The position numbers and the translations under genes are program-made. This document shows positions 10,069-20,597 of a stretch of DNA of 64,000 bases, piece after piece; position 1 is the first letter of the stretch; every line of letters begins with the position of its first letter. The DNA is from Stellaceae bacterium (lineage in GTDB: Bacteria; Pseudomonadota; Alphaproteobacteria; ATCC43930; CGMCC-115725), in NCBI GenBank assembly GCA_035534855.1, contig DATLRD010000090.1, positions 1,349 through 65,348 on the forward strand, in the 5' to 3' direction. The notes beneath the pieces were generated by a model. It was not told the origin of the DNA, did not search any database, and saw only the letters and a program-made list of their open reading frames with translations.

Positions 10069-10116
10069 GCGGGAAGGGGTGGACCAGACGCGAAACGGCT
10101 GGTGGGTGAGGGTAGC

Positions 10117-10159
10117 CAAAAAAGCGGCTGCCTGCCCGGAGGGTTCCGGGCAGGCAGCC
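10117..10159 (-). terminator. rho-independent terminator of groES-groEL
   Basis: Perfect 15-bp stem (10126-10140 pairs with 10145-10159) with a 4-nt loop. On the minus strand it is followed by a U6 tract (A-run 10118-10123 on plus). It lies 28 nt past the groEL stop. Confidence 0.8.
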
Positions 10160-10186
10160 ATGTCGTTAACCGCTGGTTCGGGTGGC

Positions 10187-12126
<1,940 letters not shown>

Positions 12127-12162
12127 GAAATCCCTCCTCGAGACATTGAAACGCGATCCGGG

Positions 12163-12187
12163 TAGCACTCCCTACCCGAGAGTGCTG
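12163..12187 (-). promoter_or_regulatory. CIRCE operator (HrcA binding site) in the groES leader
   Basis: TAGCACTC-N9-GAGTGCTG inverted repeat, matching CIRCE consensus TTAGCACTC-N9-GAGTGCTAA. It lies between the putative -10 and the groES start. Confidence 0.8.
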
Positions 12188-12189
12188 CT

Positions 12190-12218
12190 CAGATAGGAGC
12201 AAGCGAAAATCTTGTCAA
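12190..12218 (-). promoter_or_regulatory. sigma70-type promoter of groES-groEL
   Basis: The minus strand reads TTGACA (12218-12213), a 17-nt spacer, then TATCTG (12195-12190), immediately upstream of CIRCE. Confidence 0.55.
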
Positions 12219-12317
12219 GCAACCCGCGCCGGCGACGGGGCGCGATGGCAGGATTTTGACAACGGGAGGCGCGCGCGGCACTCTCGGCGCTATACCCCTT
12301 ATGAACGGGCCGCCACA

Positions 12318-13301
12318 ATGCCGCGAAACATCGAATGGGAAATTCCCAGCGAGCTCCAGCCAAAGCCCGAGGATTACACGTTCGATCTCGACGCCAAGCT
12401 GGCCGGGATCCTCGGCCTGCAAACGACGGTTCCTGAGGACGCGTTCACCGCGTCGACCCTCGGCACCGAGCGCGCCGGCAGCGGCGTGCTGATCCGCCAA
12501 GACGGGCTGGTGCTGACGATCGGCTATCTGATCACCGAGGCGGAATCGATCTGGCTCACCTCCAGCGTCGGTGGTGCGGTGCCGGGGCACCTGCTGGGCT
12601 ACGACCAGGAAACCGGGTTCGGCCTGGTGCAGGCGCTGGGCCGCCTGTCGGTGTCGCCGATCGAGCTTGGCACCGGCATCCGCGTCGGCGCCGGCGACAA
12701 GGCGATCATCGCCGCCGAGGGCGGCCGGCGCCACGCGATCGCCGCGACCGTCGTCGCCCGGCAGGAATTCGCCGGGCATTGGGAATACCTGCTCGACCGC
12801 GCGATCTTTACCGCGCCGGCGCACCCGTTCTGGGGCGGGGCGGCGCTGATCTCAGCTGACGGCACGCTGGTTGGCATCGGCTCGCTGCACGTGCAGCATT
12901 CGAGCGGGCGCCAGCTGCGGCGCGACGTCAACATGGTGGTGCCGATCGACCTCCTGCCGCCGATTCTCGACGATCTGTTGACCGTTGGCCGGCCCAACCG
13001 CCCGCCGCGGCCGTGGCTCGGCCTCTACGCCGCCGAGGTCGAGGACGATAATGCCGTGGTCGTCGCCGGCATGTCGGAGCGCGGTCCGGCGATCAAGAGC
13101 GGGCTGCGGCCCGGCGACCGCATCGTCGCGGTGCGCGACGAGCCGGTCTCGACCCTCGCCTCGTTCTGGCGCCGGGTGTGGGCGAGCGGCCCGGCCGGCA
13201 GCGAAGTGGTGCTCCAGGTCGTGCGCGACAACGACGCGCGCACCGTGCGCATCGCCTCGACCGACCGCACCCGGATGATGAAGGCACCCCGGCTGCACTG
13301 A
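12318..13301 (+). CDS. S1C (HtrA/DegS-like) trypsin-fold plus PDZ protein, apparently lacking the catalytic triad
   Basis: 327 aa with trypsin-fold landmarks (GSGVLIRQDGLVLT..., ...GGAALISADGTLVGIG) and a C-terminal PDZ (GLRPGDRIVAVRDEPV). No signal peptide. See the finding on the His/Asp/Ser substitutions. Confidence 0.7.
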   Translation: MPRNIEWEIPSELQPKPEDYTFDLDAKLAGILGLQTTVPEDAFTASTLGTERAGSGVLIRQDGLVLTIGYLITEAESIWLTSSVGGAVPGHLLGYDQETGFGLVQALGRLSVSPIELGTGIRVGAGDKAIIAAEGGRRHAIAATVVARQEFAGHWEYLLDRAIFTAPAHPFWGGAALISADGTLVGIGSLHVQHSSGRQLRRDVNMVVPIDLLPPILDDLLTVGRPNRPPRPWLGLYAAEVEDDNAVVVAGMSERGPAIKSGLRPGDRIVAVRDEPVSTLASFWRRVWASGPAGSEVVLQVVRDNDARTVRIASTDRTRMMKAPRLH

Positions 13302-13344
13302 TGTCGTCGTCCGCGGCCGGCCTCTTTCGGTCACGGCCGACGGG

Positions 13345-14295
13345 TCACGGCGCCGCCGCCACCGCGGCGCATTGCGGTGGCAGTTGCGACACCAGGAGCG
13401 GCGGGCTCGGCGGGCTCGGCTTTGGGTGCCGCGCCTCGTAGGTGAACCACCAGTCGAGTTCCTTGCCGCAGCCGTCGCCGGGCGGCACCGGCGCCTGGTC
13501 GCGGCACGCCGGCTCGCCGCGCGGACAGGAAATCCGCAGGTGGAAATGCGTCCGATGGCCCCACCATGGCCGGATGCGCCTCAGCCAGGCCCGGTCGCTG
13601 CCGGCCTCGCGGCACAGCTCCCGCTTGATCGCCGGGTTGACGAAGATGCGCGCGGTCTCGGGCAATTCGGCGGCCGCTTCGAGCAGCCGGCGGTATTGCG
13701 GCCCCCAGACCGCGCGGTCGACATTGTTGCCGTCGGCGGCGACGAGGTTGGTCGCCGCCATGTTGTTGCGCTCGGTCGGGGTAAGGCGGCGGCCCGGCAT
13801 CGGGGTCAGCCAGATATCGACGTCGAGGCCGATCTGGTGCGAGGCGTGGCCGGTCACCATCGGCCCGCCGCGCGGCTGGCCCATATCGCCGACCAACAGG
13901 CCCGGCCAGCCGAGCGCCGGAACCTCCGCGGCCAGCGTCTCGACCACCCTGATCAGCGCCGGGTTGCCCCAGTCCCGGTTGCGCGACGGACGCATGACCT
14001 GCCAGTCGGGGCCGTCGGCCGGCAACGGCATGGCGCCGGCGATGCAGCCTCTGGCATAGCTGCCGACCGATTCGGTCGGTCCGGGGGTCGGATTCGCCGC
14101 CTCGCCGAACACGCGCTTGGCCGCATCGGCCGGCAAATGGGCGATGATGGCCTGGCGCCGGGCCGCCTCCTGCGCAGCGAGGTCTTCGGCGCGTGCCGAG
14201 CGGGTGCCCACGCCACAGAGCGCCAGCAGCGCGGCGAAGCCGATCAGCCAGTGCGTTTTGGGGCGCCTGCGGGTCATGCGAAGCTCGGACATCAA
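13345..14295 (-). CDS. mepA: penicillin-insensitive murein endopeptidase (peptidase M74)
   Basis: Signal peptide (LIGFAALLALCGVGTRSARA) and Zn-ligand motifs HASHQIGLDVDIW and WGHRTHFHLRISCP. Confidence 0.85.
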   Translation of the reverse strand: MMSELRMTRRRPKTHWLIGFAALLALCGVGTRSARAEDLAAQEAARRQAIIAHLPADAAKRVFGEAANPTPGPTESVGSYARGCIAGAMPLPADGPDWQVMRPSRNRDWGNPALIRVVETLAAEVPALGWPGLLVGDMGQPRGGPMVTGHASHQIGLDVDIWLTPMPGRRLTPTERNNMAATNLVAADGNNVDRAVWGPQYRRLLEAAAELPETARIFVNPAIKRELCREAGSDRAWLRRIRPWWGHRTHFHLRISCPRGEPACRDQAPVPPGDGCGKELDWWFTYEARHPKPSPPSPPLLVSQLPPQCAAVAAAP

Positions 14296-14403
14296 ATCGG
14301 CCTAATTTGGCGTAATTAACCACTAATTTTGCGACGAATTCGAAGCGATAGGGCTAAGTTTGCGCGATGGAGGCGGCCGCCGTTGTCGCGTGCCGCACGG
14401 TTG

Positions 14404-14832
14404 ATGGCGATGACGGATGACCTACCTCCCCCCTGTGTCGGGTCCCGCGCGCGCAAGCGGATACTGATCGTCGAAGACAACGATCTCAATATGCGCTTGC
14501 TGAACGACGTTCTCGAAGCGCATGGTTATGACACCCTTCAGACCGATCAGGGGGAGATCGCCGTCGATCTGGCACGGCGCTTTCATCCTGATCTGATACT
14601 TATGGATCTTCAGCTTCCTGATATCTCCGGGCTCGAGGCGACACGCCGTCTCAAGGCCAACGAGTCGACCCGATCGATCCCGATCGTCGCCGTCACCGCG
14701 TTCGCCATGTCGGGCGACGAGCGCAAGGCTCGCGACAGCGGCTGCGACGGGTACATCGCGAAGCCGATAATGCTGCAGCAGTTTCTCGCGACGGTCGCTC
14801 GTTTCGTCGGCGGCGCTGTCGCGTCCCTGTAA
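14404..14832 (+). CDS. divK: single-domain response regulator, DivK-like
   Basis: Receiver domain ILIVEDNDLNMRLLNDVLEAHGYDTLQT...PDLILMDLQLPDISGLE...IPIVAVTAFAMSGDE...GYIAKPI, closely collinear with Caulobacter DivK as I recall it. Start set at ATG 14404; the track ORF begins at TTG 14329. Confidence 0.7.
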   Translation: MAMTDDLPPPCVGSRARKRILIVEDNDLNMRLLNDVLEAHGYDTLQTDQGEIAVDLARRFHPDLILMDLQLPDISGLEATRRLKANESTRSIPIVAVTAFAMSGDERKARDSGCDGYIAKPIMLQQFLATVARFVGGAVASL

Positions 14833-14881
14833 GGGGGGGGTGTGTGCGACGTTTAGCCGCTAATCTGTGGGGGGCAGACTG

Positions 14882-15274
14882 ATGCGCTTTTCTTCGATCG
14901 TTGTGCTGCTGGGGGCGGGTGCAGCCGGTGCCTACGCGGCGGTGAACCCGGCCCGCGTGATTGACCGCGCGGTCAATTTTTACGAGTCGATCTATCCGAG
15001 CGACCCGCATGAGGAGCAGGCGCTCGCAATGTGCTTCTCGGGCGACCACACCTTCAACCGGGCCGACCCGGTCGAGCGCGCCGCCTGTTATCGCCGCATC
15101 CTCGGCGCCGCGCCGCAGGATAACCAGGGGCAGCCGACGCAGCGCGTGGCGCGATCGAACTTTATCGATCTGTGGCGGGCAAGCGGCCAGGGCTACCTGC
15201 CGCAAAACGACGTCCGCGAGCACGAGGAGGACAATTACTACCTGGGCCGGGTGGCCAGCACGCGGCCGCGCTGA
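14882..15274 (+). CDS. hypothetical secreted protein
   Basis: 130 aa from ATG 14882 with signal-like MRFSSIVVLLGAGAAGAYA. High GC3. No family recognised. Confidence 0.5.
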   Translation: MRFSSIVVLLGAGAAGAYAAVNPARVIDRAVNFYESIYPSDPHEEQALAMCFSGDHTFNRADPVERAACYRRILGAAPQDNQGQPTQRVARSNFIDLWRASGQGYLPQNDVREHEEDNYYLGRVASTRPR

Positions 15275-15394
15275 GGCGCCGCCGCCCGATCACGCATTTG
15301 CGAAGCCGCGCGGATCTCGGCGTCCTTTGCGCGGCGTCGTGGGCAGAGTAGGGTCGCGGGGCCCGCCCTTGCGGCCGGCCGACAGGCGCGTTCG

Positions 15395-16036
15395 ATGAAG
15401 CTTTACGGCTTTTCCCGCTCTTCCGCCGCGTTCCGCGTGCGCATCGCGCTGAACCTGAAGGGGCTCGATAGCGAGCAGGTCTTTGTCCACCTGCGCCGTC
15501 ACGAGCAGGAGCGCCCGGAGTTTCTTGGGGTCAACCCACAGGGTCTGGTGCCGGCGCTGGAGACCGACGGGCTGACGCTGATCCAGTCGCTGCCGATCGT
15601 CGAGTATCTCGACGAGCGCCACCCCGAGCCGCCGCTGCTGCCGCGCGATCCGGCCGGCCGTGCACGGGTCAGGGCGCTGGCCGCGATCGTCGCCTGCGAC
15701 ATCCACCCGATCAATAATCTGCGGGTTTTGCGCTATCTGCACGGGCCGCTCGGCCACGACGAGGCGGCGATCGCGGCGTGGTACAATCACTGGATCGAAA
15801 CCGGCTTCCATGCGCTCGAGCCGCTGCTCGCCGGCGACCCGCGCACCGGCGCGTTTTGCCACGGTGACGCGCCCGGTCTTGCCGACATCGCGCTGGTGCC
15901 GCAGGTTGTCAACAGCGAGCGATATCGTCTAAACCTCGCAGCTTTTCCGACGATCCGGCGGATTTACGAGACCTGCATGACGCTCGACGCTTTCGCCCAC
16001 GCCCATCCGACCCGCCAGCCCGATTACGAACCATGA
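15395..16036 (+). CDS. maiA: maleylacetoacetate isomerase (GST zeta class)
   Basis: 213 aa. N-terminus MKLYGFSRSSAAFRVRIALNLKGL...NPQGLVPAL, plus a GST C-terminal domain. Confidence 0.85.
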   Translation: MKLYGFSRSSAAFRVRIALNLKGLDSEQVFVHLRRHEQERPEFLGVNPQGLVPALETDGLTLIQSLPIVEYLDERHPEPPLLPRDPAGRARVRALAAIVACDIHPINNLRVLRYLHGPLGHDEAAIAAWYNHWIETGFHALEPLLAGDPRTGAFCHGDAPGLADIALVPQVVNSERYRLNLAAFPTIRRIYETCMTLDAFAHAHPTRQPDYEP

Positions 16037-17358
16037 GCCGCCGCCCCCTCTGTTGTGCCGCGGTGGCGGCCACTCTCCTGGCCCTGGCGGGTTGCGCGCG
16101 GCCGCCGCAACCCGCGGCCCCGGTCGCGTCGAACGACATGGGGCTGATCCGGACGGTCATGCAGGAAGTCGAGAAAGACTATGTCGTGCCGGTTGGGCCC
16201 GACAAGCTCACCGCCGGCGCGCTGAAAGGGATGCTCGACCGCCTCGACCCGCATTCAGATTATCTGAGCGAGCACGAGTACCAGGAGCTGGTCGCCACCA
16301 CGAGCGGCCAGTTCGGCGGCGTCGGCATCGAGATTTCGGTGCAGGACGGCGTGCCGCAGGTGATCTCGGCGATCGACGGCACGCCCGCCTCCGCGGCCGG
16401 GATCGAACCCGGCGACCGCATCATCAAGGCCAACGGCCAGCCGACCGTCGGCATGGATATCGAGGATGTCGTGCGCCGGCTACGCGGCGCGCCCGGCAGC
16501 CCGGTGGTGCTGACCATCGCACGCGCCAATCGCGAGCCGTTTAACGTGCCGATCGTGCGCGCGATCATCCATGTCGATTCGGTCACCTCCGCGCTGCAAC
16601 CGGGCGGCATCGGCTACGCCCGCGTATCGACGTTCGACGACAAGACGCCCGTGGAGTTACGCACCGCGCTCCTGCGTATGAAGCGCGAGGCCGGCGGCCG
16701 GCTCAACGGGTTCGTGCTCGACCTGCGCAACGATGCCGGCGGCCTGCTCGACGCGGCGATCGACGTGTCCAGCGATTTTCTCGATTCCGGCACGGTGGTG
16801 TCGACGCGCGGCCGCGACTCCAACGAAAACCGCATCTTCGTGGCACCGGCTACGGGCGACCTGATCCGCAGGGTGCCGATGGTGGTGCTGATCAACGGCG
16901 CCACGGCTTCGGCCTCGGAGATTGTCGCCGGCGCGCTGAAGGACAACCACCGGGCGATCGTGATGGGCACCCGCAGCTTTGGCAAAGGCTCGGTGCAAAG
17001 CATCATCCCGATCGAGGGGCACGGCGCGCTACGGCTGACGACCGCGCTCTACTACACGCCGTCGGGCGGCTCGATCCAAGGGAGCGGCATCACCCCCGAC
17101 ATCGAGGTTGCGCTGCCCAAGGACGAGCAGGTCGCCAACGCGCTGATGACGCATGAAAGCGATCTGTTCGGGTCGCTCAAGCCGACCGGCGCACTGGCGC
17201 CGACCGGCCCGGCGCAGCCGCGGGCGCCGCAGGCCGAGGATAACGACCGGCCGATCAACCCAAAGATTATCGGGACCCCTCGGGACAGTCAGCTGCGGGC
17301 AGCGCTCGATTATCTGCGCCATCACCGGGTGCCGCCGCGGCAGGCGAGCCGGCGCTGA
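16033..17358 (+). CDS. ctpA: S41 family carboxy-terminal processing peptidase
   Basis: Lipoprotein-type signal (LLALAGC), PDZ (AGIEPGDRIIKANGQP) and S41 catalytic region (NGATASASEIVAGALKD...GTRSFGKGSVQ). ATGA overlap with maiA. Confidence 0.85.
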   Translation: MSRRPLCCAAVAATLLALAGCARPPQPAAPVASNDMGLIRTVMQEVEKDYVVPVGPDKLTAGALKGMLDRLDPHSDYLSEHEYQELVATTSGQFGGVGIEISVQDGVPQVISAIDGTPASAAGIEPGDRIIKANGQPTVGMDIEDVVRRLRGAPGSPVVLTIARANREPFNVPIVRAIIHVDSVTSALQPGGIGYARVSTFDDKTPVELRTALLRMKREAGGRLNGFVLDLRNDAGGLLDAAIDVSSDFLDSGTVVSTRGRDSNENRIFVAPATGDLIRRVPMVVLINGATASASEIVAGALKDNHRAIVMGTRSFGKGSVQSIIPIEGHGALRLTTALYYTPSGGSIQGSGITPDIEVALPKDEQVANALMTHESDLFGSLKPTGALAPTGPAQPRAPQAEDNDRPINPKIIGTPRDSQLRAALDYLRHHRVPPRQASRR

Positions 17359-18670
17359 GCGCCGGCAGCCGGCCGGGAAGCAGGTCGCGCACGATCGCAC
17401 GCGTCCAGCGCCACAGCGAGGCGGGGCTGCGCAGGTGGCCGTAATCGTGGAACTGGAACAGCACGAACAGGCCATAGATCCGGCGCAGATCGACCCGGCG
17501 AAACAGGCGGACCCGGACGAACATCGTGATGCCGAGATCGGTCAGATGGTCGTTGGCCAGCGCCTCCTTTATGGTCAGCGCCGGCACCGCGATCTCGAAA
17601 TCGCCGGCCGGACCCTCGCCGACGTCGCCAAGCCGGCCGCGCCGTGCCTCGTAATAAAGCCGCCGCCGGCCGAGGCGAAAGCCGAACCCGCGCGGGAACA
17701 GCGGCCATAGCAGAAAGCGCCACACGTTGAGCTTGCGGCGCAGCGCGGCGACATCGCCGTCGGTGATCTCGGCCGCTTCCTCGGCGGCGAGCCGCGCCGC
17801 GGTCAGCCGTGCCACGGTCGCCGCCGCAGCCGGGCGGTAATCGGCCGGGCCGGGTGCGGTAAAGCTCAGATCGGCGAGGTTCAGCGTCGCATAGGGCGGG
17901 GCGAGCCGTGCTGCGGCGCTCCAGCCGCGGACGAGTGCGGTGTAAAGGGTGCGGTGCGCGTTGGCCCAGGTGCTGTCGCCGCGTTCGAACACCGCCTGGC
18001 TGGCAAACGGCAGGTAGACATCGGCGCCAAGCCTGTCGCACAGCCGGCAGATGAAATTGACATAGTGTTCCGGCGCGCGCAGCGAGACGATGCCGCCGCG
18101 CTCGTCGACAAAGCTGTTGACGAGGCTCGCCGGCGAATAGCTGGCGAGCAGCACCCGCCGCTTGCCGATGCGGTCGGCGAGCCGGCGCACGGCGCGCAGC
18201 ACCGGCGGCAGCGGCTTCGCGTCGTTGAAATTGAGGATCAGCGCGTCGGGCGTGTCGACCAGCAACAGGCTGTCATCGTTCCACAGCGGGATCGACAGCA
18301 TCGCGATGCCCGGTGCGACGGCCTGCCAGCGTCGCGGCGGCACCGCGGCGACGCTGTAGCCGCGCGTCTGCAGATAGGCGAGGCAATCGGGCTCCGGCAG
18401 GTCGGGAAACAGATAGCGCGGACCGGTACCGAGGCGACGGATCGACGGCAGGTGCAGGTGGTCCGGGTGCTCGTGCGTGATGTAGACATTTGCGGCCCCC
18501 GCGAGCCAGTCGATCTCGTCGCCGCTCGGGTAGTGCTGCAGCCACCAGCTGCGCCAATACACCGAGCCGACAAGCCACGGATCGGTCGCCAGCAGCGGGC
18601 TCTCGCCATCGCGAAACAGCGCCAGCGTCGCGTGGCCGAGCGTGCGGAGGTTCAGACTATCGCCCGTCAT
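17267..18670 (-). CDS. MBL-fold metallo-hydrolase domain protein with an uncharacterised C-terminal half
   Basis: 467 aa. The N-terminal ~200 aa carries HxHxDH (ITHEHPDHLH). The remaining ~260 aa matches no family I recognise. The 3' end overlaps the ctpA 3' end. Confidence 0.6.
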   Translation of the reverse strand: MTGDSLNLRTLGHATLALFRDGESPLLATDPWLVGSVYWRSWWLQHYPSGDEIDWLAGAANVYITHEHPDHLHLPSIRRLGTGPRYLFPDLPEPDCLAYLQTRGYSVAAVPPRRWQAVAPGIAMLSIPLWNDDSLLLVDTPDALILNFNDAKPLPPVLRAVRRLADRIGKRRVLLASYSPASLVNSFVDERGGIVSLRAPEHYVNFICRLCDRLGADVYLPFASQAVFERGDSTWANAHRTLYTALVRGWSAAARLAPPYATLNLADLSFTAPGPADYRPAAAATVARLTAARLAAEEAAEITDGDVAALRRKLNVWRFLLWPLFPRGFGFRLGRRRLYYEARRGRLGDVGEGPAGDFEIAVPALTIKEALANDHLTDLGITMFVRVRLFRRVDLRRIYGLFVLFQFHDYGHLRSPASLWRWTRAIVRDLLPGRLPALSAGSPAAAAPGDGADNRALPAADCPEGSR

Positions 18671-18695
18671 TACGAACCCGGACCTGGTCCGGGGA

Positions 18696-18739
18696 AAGCA
18701 ATCTCGATCGGATCGGCCACGATCGGCACGAGATTGCTT
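18696..18739 (-). repeat. extended hairpin downstream of the MetX-like gene
   Basis: AAGCAATCTCG (18696-18706) pairs perfectly with CGAGATTGCTT (18729-18739), with an inner GATCG/CGATC helix. It lies 34 nt past the stop at 18773. No U-tract, so it is not called as a terminator. Confidence 0.4.
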
Positions 18740-18772
18740 CGCCGGCTTCAGCGCCCGGCAATGACACGGTAA

Positions 18773-19855
18773 TCACACCGCCCGGGCGACGAACGGGGCG
18801 AGGAATTCGCGCAACGTCGGCGACCATTTGGCGTGCTCAGGGCCGCTTGCGGTATGGCCGAGTTCGCTGTCGAGCTCGAAATAGCGCGCGCCGACGCCGG
18901 CCTCCTTCAACGCCGCCATCACCGCCGGGGCGATCGCCGGCGGAAACAGCGCGTCGGTGCGGCACAGGATGTACAGCACCTTGGCCTTGATCCGCGCGAA
19001 ATCCGGCCGCGTGTCGAAGCCGAGCAGCGCCCGGCGCAGGATGATCAGCGAGTTGGCATCCCACCCGGCGGCCCAGCTTGCCGCGACCTCGCGGATCGCC
19101 GCCTCGCGCGCCGCCGGGTCGGGATAGCGCGGCGCCAGCGCCGCCTCGATGCCGTAGCGCTTCAGCGTCTCGACGCGGATCTCGGCCAGCGTGGTCTTCG
19201 CACCGCCCTTGCCGTAATAACGCCCGCCATGCCATTCGGGGTCGCCGGCGAGCCGCGCGGTCAACTCGGCAAGCTGCTTGTCGGTATTCGCCGAGGCGTA
19301 GGGCGCGGTGTTGACCGGCACGATCGCGTCCATGTGATCGGGATAGGCGGTCGCCCACTGGAACGCCTGATAGCCGCCATAGGACGGGCCGGCGACCGCC
19401 ACCAGGTGGGAAACCCCCAGCCATTCGATCAGCGCCTTCTGCGCGGCGACGATGTCGCGCACCGTGACGGCAGGAAAATCCGGCCCGTAGGGCTGGCCGG
19501 TCGCCGGGTTGAGGCTCGCCGCGTTGGTCGAGCCGTACGACGAGCCCAGCATGTTCGAAGCAACCACGAACAGCTTGTCGGTGTCGATCGCCTTGCCCGG
19601 CCCGATCAGCCCGTCCCACGCGCCCGGCTGGTTGCCGTTGGCCGGGTTGCGCCCGGCCTGGTGGTGGCTGCCGGTATAGCCGTGGGTGATCAGCACCGCG
19701 TTGCGGCCGTGGCGCTGCAGCCGGCCATAGGTCTCGTAGGCGATCCGCGCCTCGGGCAGCACCGTGCCGTCGCCGAGGCGGAACTCGCGGATCGTGAAGA
19801 ACCGGTCCGCGACCGTCCCGATATCGGCGGTCTTGACCGCGGCTGCGTCGTTCAT
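18773..19855 (-). CDS. alpha/beta hydrolase, homoserine O-acetyltransferase (MetX)-like
   Basis: 360 aa from ATG 19855, with GGAGG 7 nt upstream. MetX-like N-terminus (...LGDGTVLPEARIAYETYGRL...NAVLITHGYTGS) and nucleophile elbow AGPSYGG. Confidence 0.7.
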   Translation of the reverse strand: MNDAAAVKTADIGTVADRFFTIREFRLGDGTVLPEARIAYETYGRLQRHGRNAVLITHGYTGSHHQAGRNPANGNQPGAWDGLIGPGKAIDTDKLFVVASNMLGSSYGSTNAASLNPATGQPYGPDFPAVTVRDIVAAQKALIEWLGVSHLVAVAGPSYGGYQAFQWATAYPDHMDAIVPVNTAPYASANTDKQLAELTARLAGDPEWHGGRYYGKGGAKTTLAEIRVETLKRYGIEAALAPRYPDPAAREAAIREVAASWAAGWDANSLIILRRALLGFDTRPDFARIKAKVLYILCRTDALFPPAIAPAVMAALKEAGVGARYFELDSELGHTASGPEHAKWSPTLREFLAPFVARAV

Positions 19856-19982
19856 ACCGTCCTCCCTCGTGCCGTGCACCGGCCAATTCTGCCACCGCCG
19901 GGCGATGCCGGCCATACCGGCTCTTTCGGCGGCGCGCGGTTCGCGCTACACCGCATGTTCCGACGTGCCGCTCGGAGGGGTG

Positions 19983-20555
19983 ATGCGCCGTCTGTTGCCG
20001 GCTCGCCTGGCGAGCCTTTTGCTGTTGCCGGCTCGCTTGGCGAGCCTTTTGCTGTTGCCGGCTCGCCTGGCGAGCCTTTTGCCATTGTTGCTGCTGGCCG
20101 CATGTGAGGGCGGCAGCGGGCCGTCGCCGCTGCCGGTCGAATCGGTCAGCGCCAGCTTTCCGCCGCACGGCCTCGCCGAGGTGATCCTGATCGATGCGGT
20201 CGATCCGCTGCCGCTGCGCATCGCCGAGCTGATCGCGCCGGACGGCAGGGTGACGATGGCCGATGCGATCGATGTGACCCCGCAGCCGGGCTTTGCCGGC
20301 GGGCAGAACACCGGGGGTGACCCGACGGGTGGCGGCCTTACCGATTTGACCCTGCCCGACCCGATCGCCCCCGGCATCCGCAGCGAGGGCCGGTTGCTGA
20401 TCACGATCTCGAAGGCGCAGATACCGCTGCCCGACCCGGTCGCGTACCGCCACGACTGGCAGCGCTATCGCATCCGGCTCGAATTCGGCACGCCGCCCGG
20501 CCGCATCGAGACGCGTCAGATCGCCGCCCCGGAACCCACCCCGACTTCAGGGTGA
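19983..20555 (+). CDS. hypothetical lipoprotein
   Basis: 190 aa from ATG 19983. Lipobox LLLAAC|EGG after a signal peptide lengthened by a repeat. No family recognised. Confidence 0.55.
   Translation: MRRLLPARLASLLLLPARLASLLLLPARLASLLPLLLLAACEGGSGPSPLPVESVSASFPPHGLAEVILIDAVDPLPLRIAELIAPDGRVTMADAIDVTPQPGFAGGQNTGGDPTGGGLTDLTLPDPIAPGIRSEGRLLITISKAQIPLPDPVAYRHDWQRYRIRLEFGTPPGRIETRQIAAPEPTPTSG
19994..20083 (+). repeat. 30-bp tandem repeat x3 inside the lipoprotein signal-peptide coding region
   Basis: GTTGCCGGCTCGCCTGGCGAGCCTTTTGCT at 19994-20023, 20024-20053 (one C>T) and 20054-20083 (last base T>C). Each unit encodes LPARLASLLL. Confidence 0.95.
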
Positions 20556-20597
20556 GCGCGGCGCCGCGGACCGTCGCGAGGCAATCGGGCTGAGTGT

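Noticed and set aside
19994-20083. Tandem repeats (also 59562-59597) considered as CRISPR or minisatellite arrays
   Set aside because: The units are directly adjacent with no spacers. They lie in frame inside signal-peptide coding sequence, and there are no cas genes. They are coding slippage repeats, not CRISPR.
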